The notes beneath the pieces are model-generated. The model searched no databases, was not told the DNA's origin, and was given only the letters and a program-made list of their open reading frames with translations. A program made the translations under genes and the position numbers. From Lama glama (taxonomy: Eukaryota): a stretch of DNA of 64,000 bases. Each line of letters starts with the position of its first letter. Within the stretch, counting starts at the first letter, position 1. Shown here piece after piece: positions 13,271-25,800 of this stretch. Location: the NCBI GenBank assembly GCA_028534125.1, contig CM052818.1, positions 37,636,001 through 37,700,000 on the forward strand. The letters run 5' to 3'.

Positions 13271-13650
13271 TGTTCCTGGCTGAGTCTAATCAAAAGTTAG
13301 GTTTACAAACCACGTACACGCTAATTTTTAAAGGTGATATGTATCAGAAAGTTTGTCTTAATAGTCTCATAAAATCCCTGGAGGTAAATAGAATTTCCAT
13401 AAGACCAATCATCACCATCACTAATCAAGAAATTGCTCTTTTCAGTCTGTGTTTTGTTGGTTTTCTTTGTGTTATTTTACTTTCCCTTAGATCAGTTTAC
13501 TCAGTGGTCAAAAACAATGGCTACAGGTCATTTTTCTCATTCATGAAAAGAAGACATAAATGATAACATATTATATAATTAAATGAGGTAACGCATGTGA
13601 AACTTTTGGAATAGTTACTGCAATTTTACATCTCTAATAAATGTTTTTGT

Positions 13651-14203
13651 TGTATTTGTTAGCTTTATTCCGTTAAAAACTGCCTTAAAACTCAGTGGAT
13701 TAAAACATTTATTTAGCTCCCAATTACTTGGGTTTATTGCTTGGAGTTTCTGGTCTGGGACAGCGTGGCTGGTAGTTCTGGGGCTTGTTCATGCTTCTAC
13801 AGTCAGTTGTCAAGTCACTAACTCACATCATGGATTGGCTGGTGGCTGGATGGTCTGGGATGGCCTCACATATGTGGCTATTAGCAGGATGACAGGGCAA
13901 TGGGATGACTGGGAAATATGCCCCTCGTCATTCAGGAGGGCAGCCCAGGCTTCTCTGCATGCACTTTGAGGTTTTCAAGAGCAGCAGGAGAGAGCAAGCC
14001 TCCCTGTGAAAGCCCTTTCCAAGCCTCTCACTGCATATGTTTGCTCCTGTCCCATCAACCAAAGGATGCCGCACACCGAGCAAAGACTCAGTGATTAGAG
14101 GCACTCACTCCGCCTCTTGATGGGAGATGCTTCAGAGTCACTTTGCAGAGGGATACATACATAGGGATAGTGAGAATTTGTGGCCATTTTTGCAACCTGT
14201 CAT
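13651..14203 (-). mobile_element. MaLR LTR (older MLT1 subfamily)
   Basis: tgtatttgttagc...aaaactcagtggattaaaaca start and ggccatttttgcaacctgtcata end are typical of an antisense MLT1. Confidence 0.8.
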
Positions 14204-14349
14204 ATCATACTGACTTTTGTAGTTATTTTTTTATTATCACTTAAATAAGAATATCTGATCATTTAACTTTCCTAAGGCATACCTTTGACTGGCTCTCCAT
14301 AGGAAAGAAAAGGCCTGTATCTCTTTACACTAACATTCAGGATCCTTTG

Positions 14350-14765
14350 GGGTTTGACTTAATGCATCCTCCCGTCTCATGCCCTCTTCACCACACACTA
14401 CGTGGCTTCCACTCATTCTGAGGTACTTACTCTTCTCTAAATGCATTATACTCTCAAAATTATCTACCTGTTACCGAATGACCACCTGAGAAACTCCCAT
14501 TCAGATCTCAAAATTCTCCTCACACTTCAGTTCCTCCACAAAAGCTTCCCGGACTCCTCTTTCTCTCCCAAAGAGTAAGTTTCTCCTGCCTTAATAATAC
14601 ATCTCTTACACGTTCCTGCAAATGCCCACAGAGCTGCAAATCTCTGTGCAACTGTGGGTAGGAACCATGTCTTCCCTATCTCTCAGATTGTATCACTTGG
14701 CAAAGTTTGTAGAATCAAGTAGATTCTCCATAAGAGCCTGGAGAATGAAGGAACAAATAACAGAA
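14350..14765 (+). mobile_element. L2 3' fragment
   Basis: ggtaggaaccatgtctt...gtagattctccataagagcctggagaatgaag is a degenerate L2 tail. Confidence 0.55.
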
Positions 14766-16511
14766 TGGTGTACCAATTACCTGTCCTTAAATATCCTCTA
14801 GAGACAAGGTTGAAGAAATCACCACCGTGCATCCCATAGTATATACGAGACAGTCCTAAATATCCAGGGTGTATTTGTGTGGTCAGATTTCCCGGACCTC
14901 AGATCTCACCCACTTTTTGTTTGAAATGTGTATCATCACAGAGAAAACACTCTCCTTTCACTCTCAGTGAAAATAAATGTTTTGTCTCAAGTAGACCATT
15001 CTCTGCTCTGAAATGGTAAGACAGGGTCAAGTATTTTCCAGATTCTGAAACTAAGTTTTGTGCAAAAGTGCCTAACTGCTGTTAGTAATGTGTCTGGAGA
15101 ATAGGATGTAGCCAGCGTGCGCCAGGGGACAGACTGCTCTGTGAGAACGATTTATGATCTGTCAGGTGGGAACTTTTATGGTGCTGTGCTGAGAGACAAA
15201 GAAATTTTAGGCACTGCTAAAAGCAACACAAAATATGCTTTCAAGCTTAATGAGGAGAGGCGAGAGAATCGGGTTGGCATATATGGCTGGCTCCATGTGT
15301 TAGAGAAAAGCTGAAATGTTCTTAGTGTTATATATTTTGATTTTGCTAAATTTGTTTGGGGCAGAATGGATATTTATGTCCCTGCACAATGAGCAGCAAT
15401 TTCAATGTCTATCAATATAATAAGAGTTTTATTTGAAAATTGTGCCCCACAAACAGTTTTTATGTGAGTTCGTCGTGAATTTTTTTTTCCACCCAAAAGC
15501 CTTTTTTTTTTTTTTAAGGAAAAGTAGATAATAAGTCCATTCTTCATTGTCTTGGCTAAAAGAAAGGAGTCGTACACAGGCTGAATATTATTTGTATTTA
15601 ACTGATTGGAAAATATTCCCATAGGACTGGGCTTAAATGAGGTAAAGTGTTCAGACTGGCAATAGCTCTAAACTTTTTTTTCTCTGTAGTCTGTTGATCT
15701 AACCACTGGCCAATAAAGTTTCTGCACTAGAAAAAAACCTCAAGATGGGCAGTAGTAACGGATTCAAGCAGAGCACAGTCATAAAACTTAGAATAGATGA
15801 GCACTGTTAGACCATTTTAATCTAAACCAATCATGTGAAGGATGAGGTCAAAGCATTTTAAGTGATAGACCAAGGTTCAAAGAGCTCAAATATATATCAA
15901 ACATAAGGCATGAACTCTTTCTACACCTTAGGACTATCCTTTGGTGTCTTAATTAAATGTTGGCAAACTTGTATTTCTAGTTATTGCAATCAGGTTTCAC
16001 ATAATGCTTTCAACTTCACTATAAACCGGTGGAAGAAATGACTGATTCGGTAGAATTCACTTCAAGGTCATTGCAATGCTGAAGGCACCCCAGATCACCT
16101 ACACCTTCTAATTTATACCATAATACCACAGGTGTGCATAAAAATTTTTATTGGTTGATTTAGAAAACAATGAAAAAGAAAGTATCAATAACATATAAAA
16201 GTGTGTTTCTTCTCTTTTTATGAAAAGAAGGAATAGGTTTGATTAATATCTTCCAGATATTTATACCATATATTTTTAAAATATAAATATGAAGACTTAT
16301 ATCCATCCATTCATATATCCATTCAGCAAAACACATAGCTGTGTTTAAATTGTCCTGCAGTAATGCATGTCGGTGTTTGAAGAGTGCTCAGAACTTTAGG
16401 GGAGTAGAGTCTGATGATAAACAGCCAATTGCTAAATGAAATCTTAAACCAAGAATCCTGGTTATCCCCTTGAGTCAAAAAGTGCAAAAGTCTTCTACAG
16501 CAAACAGCTTT

Positions 16512-16525
16512 GCTCCATCTGCTGG
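16512..16525 (-). promoter_or_regulatory. Candidate CTCF motif
   Basis: Reverse complement CCAGCAGATGGAGC is a near match to CCASYAGRKGGCRS. Confidence 0.4.
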
Positions 16526-16539
16526 TGACCATCCAAATG

Positions 16540-16697
16540 GTCCAGATGGAGATGCTTCAACCCCTTAGGTTGATGGGTTGCAGAGATTTTGGTTCAGTAC
16601 CTCTGTGGTATTAAGGTGGGAGTACAAAAACTTGCATTTTTCATGTTATCACAGGTCAAACTGAACATTAGCCTACAAGTACTTTAAGGATCATTGC
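16540..16697. mobile_element. MER5-like hAT MITE, degenerate
   Basis: cagagattttggttcagtacctctgtggt...aaacttgcattttt...actttaaggatcattg resembles MER5A. Confidence 0.45.
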
Positions 16698-16819
16698 TCC
16701 AGGATTTAAACTGTTTTTTGCTAACTTGAGAAAGCATATTGGGTTGTGGCCTGATGAATTGTCATGTGTTTGGAAGAAGTAGGGCAATCGTATCTGCGTA
16801 GCTAGCTAGCTAGCTAGGC

Positions 16820-16980
16820 AGTTTTAGAAGCTAAAATGCCTGAGTTTGAGTCATAACTGTACCAAGAATTAGCTCTGTGACCCTGGGCAAATTAATTAAT
16901 CTTCTTGCATCTCAGGTTTCTTTGTACAATAAAGGTATAGTACCTACCTTATAAGGTTGTTTTGCTGGTTAAATGAATTG
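16820..16980 (+). mobile_element. MIR SINE
   Basis: Core tagctctgtgaccctgggcaaattaattaatc...tagtacctaccttataaggttgttt. Confidence 0.8.
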
Positions 16981-17639
16981 TCAGGGGTTGTGGGGAGGGA
17001 AGAGAGAGAAAGATTCACAATTTATTTTCCCCCAAAAGAAAGGAATTCAACTGAACTCTTCTAGTACTTGTACCAGCATTTGTACTCAGTTTAGTTAATT
17101 TCTACTTTACTCAAGAAGGAAGGGACTAAGAAGCCTTGAAGAAAAGCTTTCCCATGACCTGAGAAGGAAACAAAATGTTCACGGGTGAGTCTTTGGACAG
17201 TCGTGAAGGATTCACCTTTTCATGCAAGTTGAGTATCTTGATCCTTTTCTGTTTTCTCCTTTGCAAATCCATGAGTAGACGCGTGTTCTTTAAAGAGTGT
17301 GCTCAGGGGGAGTGCCCCTTGAATGCCTGGCAGTAATTTTCCTGTGCATATCGTCTTGTAAAGAGTTGAAATAGTTGAGAGATGGAGCTCTAGTTTTTGT
17401 ATTTTTTACAGGCTGTGCTCCTGCGTCTGACATCTAACTCTGGTTGTGTCACAGAGTAGACGAAAGGGATTATGAGCCTAGATTCAACAAAAGCAACATA
17501 GATGTGTTTCTCTTCGGTGAGGAGGAGGATTCTCTTTCTAAGATTATATAGGGATATACTTTGAAAAATGCATCAGCAGATACAAAAGGATTTGCACTTA
17601 AGAGAGAGATGTATTTTTTTTAAACAATCTTTCACTGAA

Positions 17640-18170
17640 ACAATACTTATTGTAGAACAATTTTTTAACGTGGTATAATAGGAAAAATAAAATTACCCAC
17701 TGTCCAACACTGAGAGATTGCAGTTGATAACATTTTGGAGTGTGTCTGGTCTTTTGAAAAAAACCTCTATATAGCAATCTATGAGAATTATATAGGATAT
17801 TTGATTCGTATCTCATTTTGTTTTTAACACATGGTATCGTGACCAGGTTCCTCTATCCTTAAAATGAATTGAGAATTTAATTTGTATTGATGGGGTCTAA
17901 TGGATATGAAAGTCTTCTGCTTTGAAAAAGTAGATGGTTTCTAATTCTTATCCACCACAAATGATTATTCGTGTAATAAATTCTTTTCTAGAAAGACTGT
18001 TCCAATTTATACATCAAGATACAGTGTAAGGGAACATCCATTTTTCTGCACCATTGCTAACACTGAGCATGAGTGATTTTTTAAATTTGTATGTTAGCTA
18101 GTTAAATTAAAAAAAAACTCCTCATTACTATTTTGTTCTGAATTTATTGTTTACTAGTGAAGTAAACTTA
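17640..18170 (-). mobile_element. Old L1ME 3' end
   Basis: aaaataaaattacccactgtccaacactgagagattgcagttgataacattttgg and ttccaatttatacatc...gcaccattgctaacactg. Confidence 0.55.
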
Positions 18171-19409
18171 GTTTTAACTGATTGAGGATATCAAATTTAG
18201 AAATGAAAATCTGGTGCCAATTTTTACGATCCGCCTGAGTCTTGACTTCTATCCCTGCTGGTTGGGCTTAAAAATGAGCCTGCCGCCATCTGTCTGTGTC
18301 TGCCCCATTTCTGCTACTCAGAGTCAGGCATGGGCGCAATCACATAGACACCCCTTGAGTCTACACATAATCAAGAGGAAAATTTAAAACCCCAGGAAAA
18401 AAGCTTTTCACAGAACGGGATTGCATCCTCGATCTTTCCATGCTAGAAACAGTCTTCAATTTTCTCCATGGAGATCTGTTTTATGTGTTATTTTGGTTTG
18501 CTTCTAACCCTGTTTTCTACTGCAAAAAGGCAATTTCTATTACTGGACTCTTGATTCGATGTGCAGTTAAATGCTACATCACAGCTGAGTTTCGGTATTT
18601 CACAGTGGATGGGAAAAGTATTAACAAAGTTTGTGTTTTCCTCTGCATGTAATAACCACTAATTCATGGGAGTTAGAGTTTCAGTGGTCTGACTCTGTAC
18701 TTCTGTAACAGCAGATTTTCTATATGTTTCATCAGAATTTCACCCAAATACAGTGTTTTTCGTAAAACCCTCTGGTTTGCCTATTTGACAGAATGTCAAT
18801 CTCTTAGTCATTTAACTCACGTGCTTCAAACTTCTGACCCCCTTGGACAGAGGAAGACCAAAAGAGCCTCAAGGGCAGCAGTCCATTTGGGGTTCAGTCC
18901 GTTCTTAGCCAAGCTTTACACTTCATCACCTACCTGTGCACTATCATTATCTGCTCTCTGGGTTAGATCACTCTTACCCTCACGCACACAAACTCACCTA
19001 GAGGAGCCAGTAAGTTTGCAAGTTTGTCTCAAAGATGGCAGTGGTAGGAATTTGATTTCTGAAAACTATCAGGCCAAGCTGTCCTTCCTGGCCAAGGAGT
19101 TTCATTTTATATGTTCGAAATTATGGGTATAAAGTGGTCTTCAATATGAGTATATATTCTGAGTGATGCGAATCAGTGAAAGAGTCTGACTATTTAGTGG
19201 AGGTCGAGGAGCTGAGGTTGAACCCCAAACATGTAAGATCAGGAACCTCAGAAGGAACAGGAGGGATGGAGGAGTGAACGTCCTTCCTAAAGGGAGCGTT
19301 TTTATTACTGTTTTGTTTGTTTTTAGTATTTTCTCATTGAGTTCTCTGCAAGTGTCTTGATTCCCCAAAACCACACTAAACTCCCCAAGGGCATCGTAGG
19401 GCCTGACAA

Positions 19410-19570
19410 ATTTGAATTGTAAATCCAAGTTCACCAATTACCAGCTGTGTGACATCAGCAAATATATTTAAATTTTTTCTTTTAATCCCAGTTTGCTCAT
19501 GGGTTAAAAAAAGATCAAAATATATCATAAGGTTGCTGTGGGGATTAAGTATCATAATATGTATGACTGG
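19410..19570 (+). mobile_element. MIR SINE
   Basis: ccaattaccagctgtgtgacatcagcaaat...cataaggttgctgtgggattaag. Confidence 0.75.
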
Positions 19571-20569
19571 AGCATAATCAACATTAATGTATGGGAGCTA
19601 CTTTAAAATATTATTCTTTACAACCTCTGTAACATTAAAACTGCATTGTCCACAGGATCAACATTTAAAAAATTCTTTTTGGTTTTGAATTGAGCTGGAG
19701 TAGAATATTTTAATATATTGTATTGATTTATTTATCCTTGCAAATACCCAAGCCTTCATATTTTGAAAGATTTATTTGAAATACGTCATAAAAATTGAGG
19801 TGACAGGAGGAAAAGAAGCCGTATCACTTTGAAAATCCTGTGCTTGGCACACAGTAGGCGCTAAATAAATTTTTACTTACATGTGTGTATACTCCTAGCC
19901 ACTCAGCTCCGTGGAGGAAATCATGTGTTTCAGTTTGGGTCTCAGGTGTGTGATAGAGGCAGAATGCAATCATAGGGATTTCAAGTTACCGGATATGTGC
20001 TGGAAGTTTCCTTCAGCTAAAGGCAGAGCATCTTAACAAATTGTAGGTTTGCTTGACTGAAAAGTTAATCTCCTAAAAGGGGAATCTTAAACAAAGATCT
20101 ACCTCTAACCAGGAAGAAACAACTTATGTATTGAAAACCAACCAAAGTGCCTTGGAAGAAAAAGACTGTCACGTCCTAAATGTATCATAGGCGGGGCAAG
20201 AGGAACTGGACTTTAGGAATCTAGATTGGTTGAAGCCCAAGAGCAAAACTACACAGCATTTCATAATGGGAGTGTGCAAGTGGAGAGGCGATTCAGTCTT
20301 GCAGGGGATAGCTAAAAAACGAATTCTGAGTTCACGGTGGTGACGGCTTCTGAGGAGCAACACTAGCGGGCATTCCTCAGGGTCCCTAGGATGGTGCCAA
20401 GCTGCTCACAGACTCAGACTCAGATTTTGAAAGGTGTGAGAGAGAGGAAGTGAGAACAACGCAGAGCAAAGATAAGTCTAATAGGGTAATGGAGACTTAC
20501 AAGAACGACAGGCACGTTAGCATCGCCCCAAATCCCCCCAGACAGGATGCCTAGGTGCTCTTTCAGGAA

Positions 20570-21585
20570 AGGAAGATGGCCTCAGAAGCGAAAGCCACGC
20601 TACGTGGGAATGGCAGGTGAATTCTCTCTTTTTCTCCACAGTAGCCTAACTTCTTCACAGTTGTCTGTGTTTCGTAACATTTGACTTCTAACTTCTTAGT
20701 CCAGGGATCTGGTTACCACTCCTAGGCAATCTGCACTGTCTCATTGACAAACACCAATCCAAAGGACGTTTTGCAGTTGTCACCTTGCCTCTCTTGGTGG
20801 CAGCATCTCCAGTTGTCCTCTGGTTTCTCCGCCATCTTCTGTGCCAATTCTTTCCTGTCTAGCAGGCCTTGAAATATGTTTGCATTCCTCAGTGCTCTGT
20901 CCTAGGCCCTCTTCCTTCTTTTTCTATATTTTCTCTTGGCAGCAAACTTTTCACAAGTCCATTATGTCAATTTTTCTGTGTCTAATTTGCAATATTGATC
21001 TGCCTCTTGAATTCAGGTTTGCAGCTCAAGTTTCTCCTCTGAGCTGCGTCCTTGGCAGCTCCATTCAAATTCAACTGCAATTCTACAGGTTTGAAATTGA
21101 ACTCACGACCTCCCCATGATCTTTTTTTTTTTTTTTAGGACCGAGGCTCATTTTCTTTTCTGTGTTCACAACCATCTAGTTGGTTACGCAAACTGGAAGC
21201 ATCTGAGCTGTGCTCGAACCTTTGTAGTGCTTGTCACCAGACACTTCCCTTCTGAATGTACCTTAACAATGGCTAAGTCTCTTCAAGCCACTGATCACTC
21301 TATCCCAAACCAACTAGAGTAGGTGTCCTCTGACTTCTGTCTCCTCGTCATCTTGGTGCTCTCACACTTTATACTGCAGCTCAAGAATCTATATAAAATG
21401 AAATGTGGAGATGAAATCTTCTAGCTTAAAACTTGCAATGGCTTCCCACTGCAATCAGCCTGGCTTCTGAACTTCTTAACAGAACCTGGAATTTCTGGCA
21501 GGATCTCTGTCTCTCTTGTCTCATCTGCCACAATTTTCCACTTTGCTCTCTGAGCCTCTGTCACGCTGATATCCAATCAGCTCAT
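20570..21585 (+). mobile_element. L2 internal fragment
   Basis: ccaatccaaaggacgttttgcagttgtcacc; cctcagtgctctgtcctaggccctcttcc; gcttaaaacttgcaatggcttcccactgc. Confidence 0.7.
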
Positions 21586-22657
21586 TTTTTCCCCCCTTTT
21601 TAGCTTAATTTTTATTTTCATGGAATTTATTCATATACATGGTTTTCCAAAGCTATTGTTTTTCCTTCAAAATTCTGTGACGTGCTTTTATTGTTACTTT
21701 TTAATTGTTATTTTCAAGATGACATTCATTTAAATTTCTATTATTGAAAAAAATACTTCTTTGTTTTACAGTACTTTACACACATGCATCTCATCTTCCC
21801 ATCCCTAAAATATGAATATATCATAGGCTTTGTTTAAATTAATTTTAGACTTTTTATTATTTGCCTATGAAATATATTTGCTGCTGTCATGTAGTATATA
21901 TAATATAGTTATATTTTCATTTATTCATTTTTAAAATTTTTCTGGAGTTAATTTTTATTTGCTCTTTTTCATTAACTTACCATTAACTTACCCTCACACT
22001 GTCAAGCAACAATCTATATTTCCTCTTGACATATTTAAACACATCAAAAAATTTCTTAATCCAGAGTTGTTTAATGAAATATATGTATGCATATGTATGT
22101 ATTTTTCTCAAAGAAGTTCTTCCTCTTTCTACTTCAGTCTGACTGCTAGTCCCCTAGGTCTTCTGCCAAACTCTTGCCCTGAGCTTTCCCTTTACCATCA
22201 TCTGGGGTTTTCTTGGGCCTCTGCTGGGTTGAATTTTCTTTGCCACCTGCCCATGTGTCCTGATTAATTAATCATGTTTTGCTTTGTTTTGGTTTGCAGT
22301 GAATATATTCCAGTCTTTTCCTGAGAAACATATTTGGTGAATTTTTCTGAAACTGCATACATGTTATAATTTGTGTTCTGTTTTTGTAATTGAGTAATTT
22401 GAGGGCATTGTTTCCGGGGTTGCTACTGAACAACTGGTGTCATTCTGTCTCCTGATCTTTTTTGTGCTATCTATTCTTTTTCCGCTCCAGAAGCTTACAA
22501 GGCCCTCTGTTCATTGTTGGTGTTTCAGAATTTTATACTGATATGTCTTTGGTCCAGGTTTCTCTTCATTTTGCAGGAAATTCAGTGGTTCCTTTAATTC
22601 AAAGATAACTTTCAGGTGTGGGACTATTTCTTAAATTATTTCATGGATAATTTTCTT

Positions 22658-23571
22658 TGGTCAATACCCTCTAACCAAAGAAAACCAGCACATGTTCATA
22701 GCTGAACAAAGTTGTTTTTATTAACTTGCTTCAATGATGGGCAGTGCATACTATGATGAACCATGAGGCATCTCAAAAATAGGGTAAAGAAAGGACTAAT
22801 TACAGGGTTTGGTCTTGTGGTGAATTTGGGAAAGGTTAAAGAAAGTAGACTTTACTCTAGATTAGATGCTGTTGGGAGGTGAGGGAGTATCTTAGTCATT
22901 CTCATCTGGAAGGTAGGCGAAATGAAGTCACGCTCAAGCAGAAATAGTAAAGAAGCAGCAATTATATTAGTTTAGAAAGGAGGCTGTTTAGATATTTGTC
23001 TGATTTAGACAACTGTTTTCATTTCTGTCTATACTCTACATGTTTATGGAGTAGTCTTGTTTTTGTCTTGCTGTGTTGTGACCAGAGAGTGTCTTTCTCT
23101 GACGTTAATTTTTTGTAAGATTACAGTCACCCCTTGGTATCTGTGGGGAATCGGTTCCATGACCCACGGTGGATATAAACATTTAAGGATGTATTAAGTC
23201 CCTTATATATAAGAGCACAGTGTGTGCATATAACCTAATCTCAACCTCCTCTATTTTGTAAATCATCTCTAGGTTATTTATATAATACCTAACACAGTGT
23301 GAATGCTGGGTGAGTAGTTGCTGGTGTGATGCAAATTCAAGTTTTGCTTTTTGGTGCTTTGTGGAATTTTTTTTTCTTTCGAATATTTTTGCTCTGTAGG
23401 TGGTTGAATCCATGGTTGCAAAACCTTCTGGTGCAGAGGCTGACAGTATTCATGTTTGACAGGAGAGTCACAGGGCCTAGCTGGCCAGCCACTGTGCTGG
23501 GTCACCTCCCGGCTGTACCAACGCCCAGCTGAGAGTAGCAGGCCTCTTCTCGGCAGCTTTTCTCTTTCTCA
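22658..23571 (-). mobile_element. ERVL-class solo LTR (subfamily uncertain), split by MER2
   Basis: Abrupt composition change inside HAL1; minus strand starts TGAGAAAGAGAAAAG; AATAAA on minus strand near 22717-22722. Confidence 0.55.
23124..23446 (-). mobile_element. MER2/MER2B (Tigger-family) MITE
   Basis: ta|cagtcaccccttggtatctgtgg ... gttgaatccatggttgcaaaacc...gaggctgacag|ta; degenerate terminal inverted repeats with TA flanks. Confidence 0.88.
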
Positions 23572-24853
23572 CCTTTAATTTATTTTTCTTTTTTGAGGAA
23601 TTTGTTTTATTTGGTTGTTGAGCAAGATGGGCTAGCCCTTTAATTATGTTTTTACTTTTTGTTTTGTCTTTCCTATTTTCCATCTTTGTCTATTTCTGTT
23701 TTCTTACCAGGAGATTTCCTAAAGTTAACTTGCATCTTTTCCAGTAAATTTAATCTTCTAGAGCTCTTTGTGGCTCTCCAGACATTTCTTTTCATGGCAT
23801 TCTGTTCTTGTTCATGCATGGAATGCCTCATTTTGTTGCTGGAAAGATACACGCATTTAAAGATGGCTTTGTTTTGTTTTCATTTATTTTTATTTATTTA
23901 TTTTTGTTTTAAGTTCTCCCTCTGCATTATTTCTCTTTCCTCTGGAAGTTTCTTTTTTCCCCTTCTGTTGATTCTTCCTTTTCCTTTCATATTTAGCAGT
24001 TAAACCCTAAAAAGCTCTATGCACATGAGTATTTTTTATTTTTTTCATATTAGTGGGCTTCTCTGTAGAGTGATGTTTCATTGGAGTTCCCACACCATTA
24101 CTACCTATAACTGTATTTATGTAGTTAAGTTAGTTACTTAATTTTGTCAGAATCTAGACATCCTGTTTGCTTGACAGTGTAAATCTGGCTTGTAGGGTTT
24201 AAGGGGAAGCAAGCCAGGTAAAGAAGCTTGAGGTTGTAAACTCAGTATGTACAAGTTTTTATTAATCTCCTTTTCAATATTGTGCCCCTGCTCTGGGTGT
24301 TCCAAATCCAGAGTCATAGGGCAGAAAAGAGTAGGGGCAGCTGCCCATTTTTACGTGGTTGGTGATGCAAAAGAGTTTCTAGGAGTGTCTAAATTCTTCT
24401 CGTACAGACTTTCATCCAGTTCCCTTAAGCCTCATGTGGACCTTGCTTTTAGAAAGTGCTGAAACTCTAGTATGTAGTTTTTTTCTAGGGTGTTCTGGCA
24501 TATATTGACTTTCACTTGATTTTCTCACTGCTAGCTTACGTAGTCATTCTCTACATCTATAAATAAGTTCCTCTTTACTCATCTGTCTCCACCTTCTACA
24601 TTTTTTTGTTACTCCCTGATTTTCCTTTTGCTTTTTCACTGAGGATTTGAGGGTCACCAAAAGTAAGCAAGTCTCCATGTTTAACTAGAAGTCTCAGTTC
24701 CTACTTTAAAAATAAGAAAGAAAAAAAACAGATTCTGAAAGTTAAATGACCATGGCATGGATGCTGAGCTAGGATATAGAACGGGATATTAAAAAGAAAA
24801 TATATAAGTGATCAAAAAGGAACCTGGTACACGATTTTATTAAGAGTAAGTTA

Positions 24854-25002
24854 GCGGGGAGGGTATAGCTTGGTGGTAGCATGCATGCCTAGCATGCATG
24901 AGGTCCTGGGTTCAATTCCCAGTAAGTACCTCCATTAAATAAACAAACAAACAAACAAACAAATAAACTTCCCCTCATAAATTAAAAAGATAAAATTAAA
25001 AA
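24854..25002 (+). mobile_element. Camelid tRNA-derived SINE (Vic-1-type)
   Basis: ggggagggtatagcttggtggtag...gaggtcctgggttcaattcccag head, (AAAC)n/A-rich tail, TSD aagagtaagtta at 24842-24853 and 25003-25014. Confidence 0.92.
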
Positions 25003-25134
25003 AAGAGTAAGTTATATTGGTCTATCTTAATTCATTATCTTAATAAGTTAACTAACCTAGCCAATCAATGAAATGTGTTAGGTAAACTAGATGGTAGAAT
25101 GGGCAGTTTAATATATGTTGTTCACTTGATGTTG

Positions 25135-25335
25135 AGAAATAGCATGGGTAATGGATAGGATCAAGGGCTTTTTATTAACCAGTAATATGGGATTAAATCA
25201 TGACTCTACTAGGTGTGTGACCTTGGACAAGTTACATAACATTTTATCTGCCACTTTCCTCATCTATAAAAATGAGCTTAATAATGCCTGTTTATTAAGT
25301 TGTTGCAAGTGTCCAATGGGATAATATATGTCTGA
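25135..25335 (+). mobile_element. MIR SINE
   Basis: actaggtgtgtgaccttggacaagttacataac...ttcctcatctataaaaatgag. Confidence 0.82.
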
Positions 25336-25339
25336 ATTT

Positions 25340-25800
25340 GTGCCAGATTGTCATCAACTCAGCCTCATATCCACCCTCTTCCATATTGTCCGTTGCATCA
25401 CAGTGGAGAAGCTGGGACTACATACATTCCTCCAGATCTTTTTCCAATAAACCTTTAAACTAAATCCTGCCAAAGAAAAGCAGGAGTCTGAGGTTTCCGT
25501 GAGGAGTGAAGGGAAGGCACTTTTCTTTGGTGGCCAGTGCGGGCAGAGTTGTAAACAAATGGCATCCAGGTTCCCTTCCTGGTGAGCTTCCTCAGACCAC
25601 TCCATTCCTGCAGCCAGCTGAGATCAACAACCACCGCCTCCCTGGATAAGCTCTTCCAAATCCCCTGCTTCCTACTGTAAGTGACTGAGAGCATCCTCCC
25701 GGGGACTGACCTGGGATTTCCTGGGCTTCTAGATTTGGCGAGCTGTTCCAGTGGCTTCTCTAACATTCACTCACCCCTTCTAACTTTTCTTTGACATCTA
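25340..25800 (+). mobile_element. ERVL LTR33-like LTR
   Basis: tgtgccagattgtc...agcctcatatccaccctcttc...gctgggactacatacattcc resembles the LTR33 5' end. Confidence 0.6.

Larger units (their letters stand above)
21590..24692 (-). mobile_element. HAL1/L1ME-type element, interrupted by an LTR and MER2
   Basis: Antisense ORF1-like texture; right end ctccatgtttaactagaagtc is the reverse complement of a GACTTCCGGTTAAACATGG-type 5' terminus. Confidence 0.6.

Noticed and set aside
13177..13563. 128-aa ORF, the longest gap-free ORF
   Set aside because: Starts inside a DNA-transposon relic, ends in a MIR, and has no recognisable domain or coding-like composition
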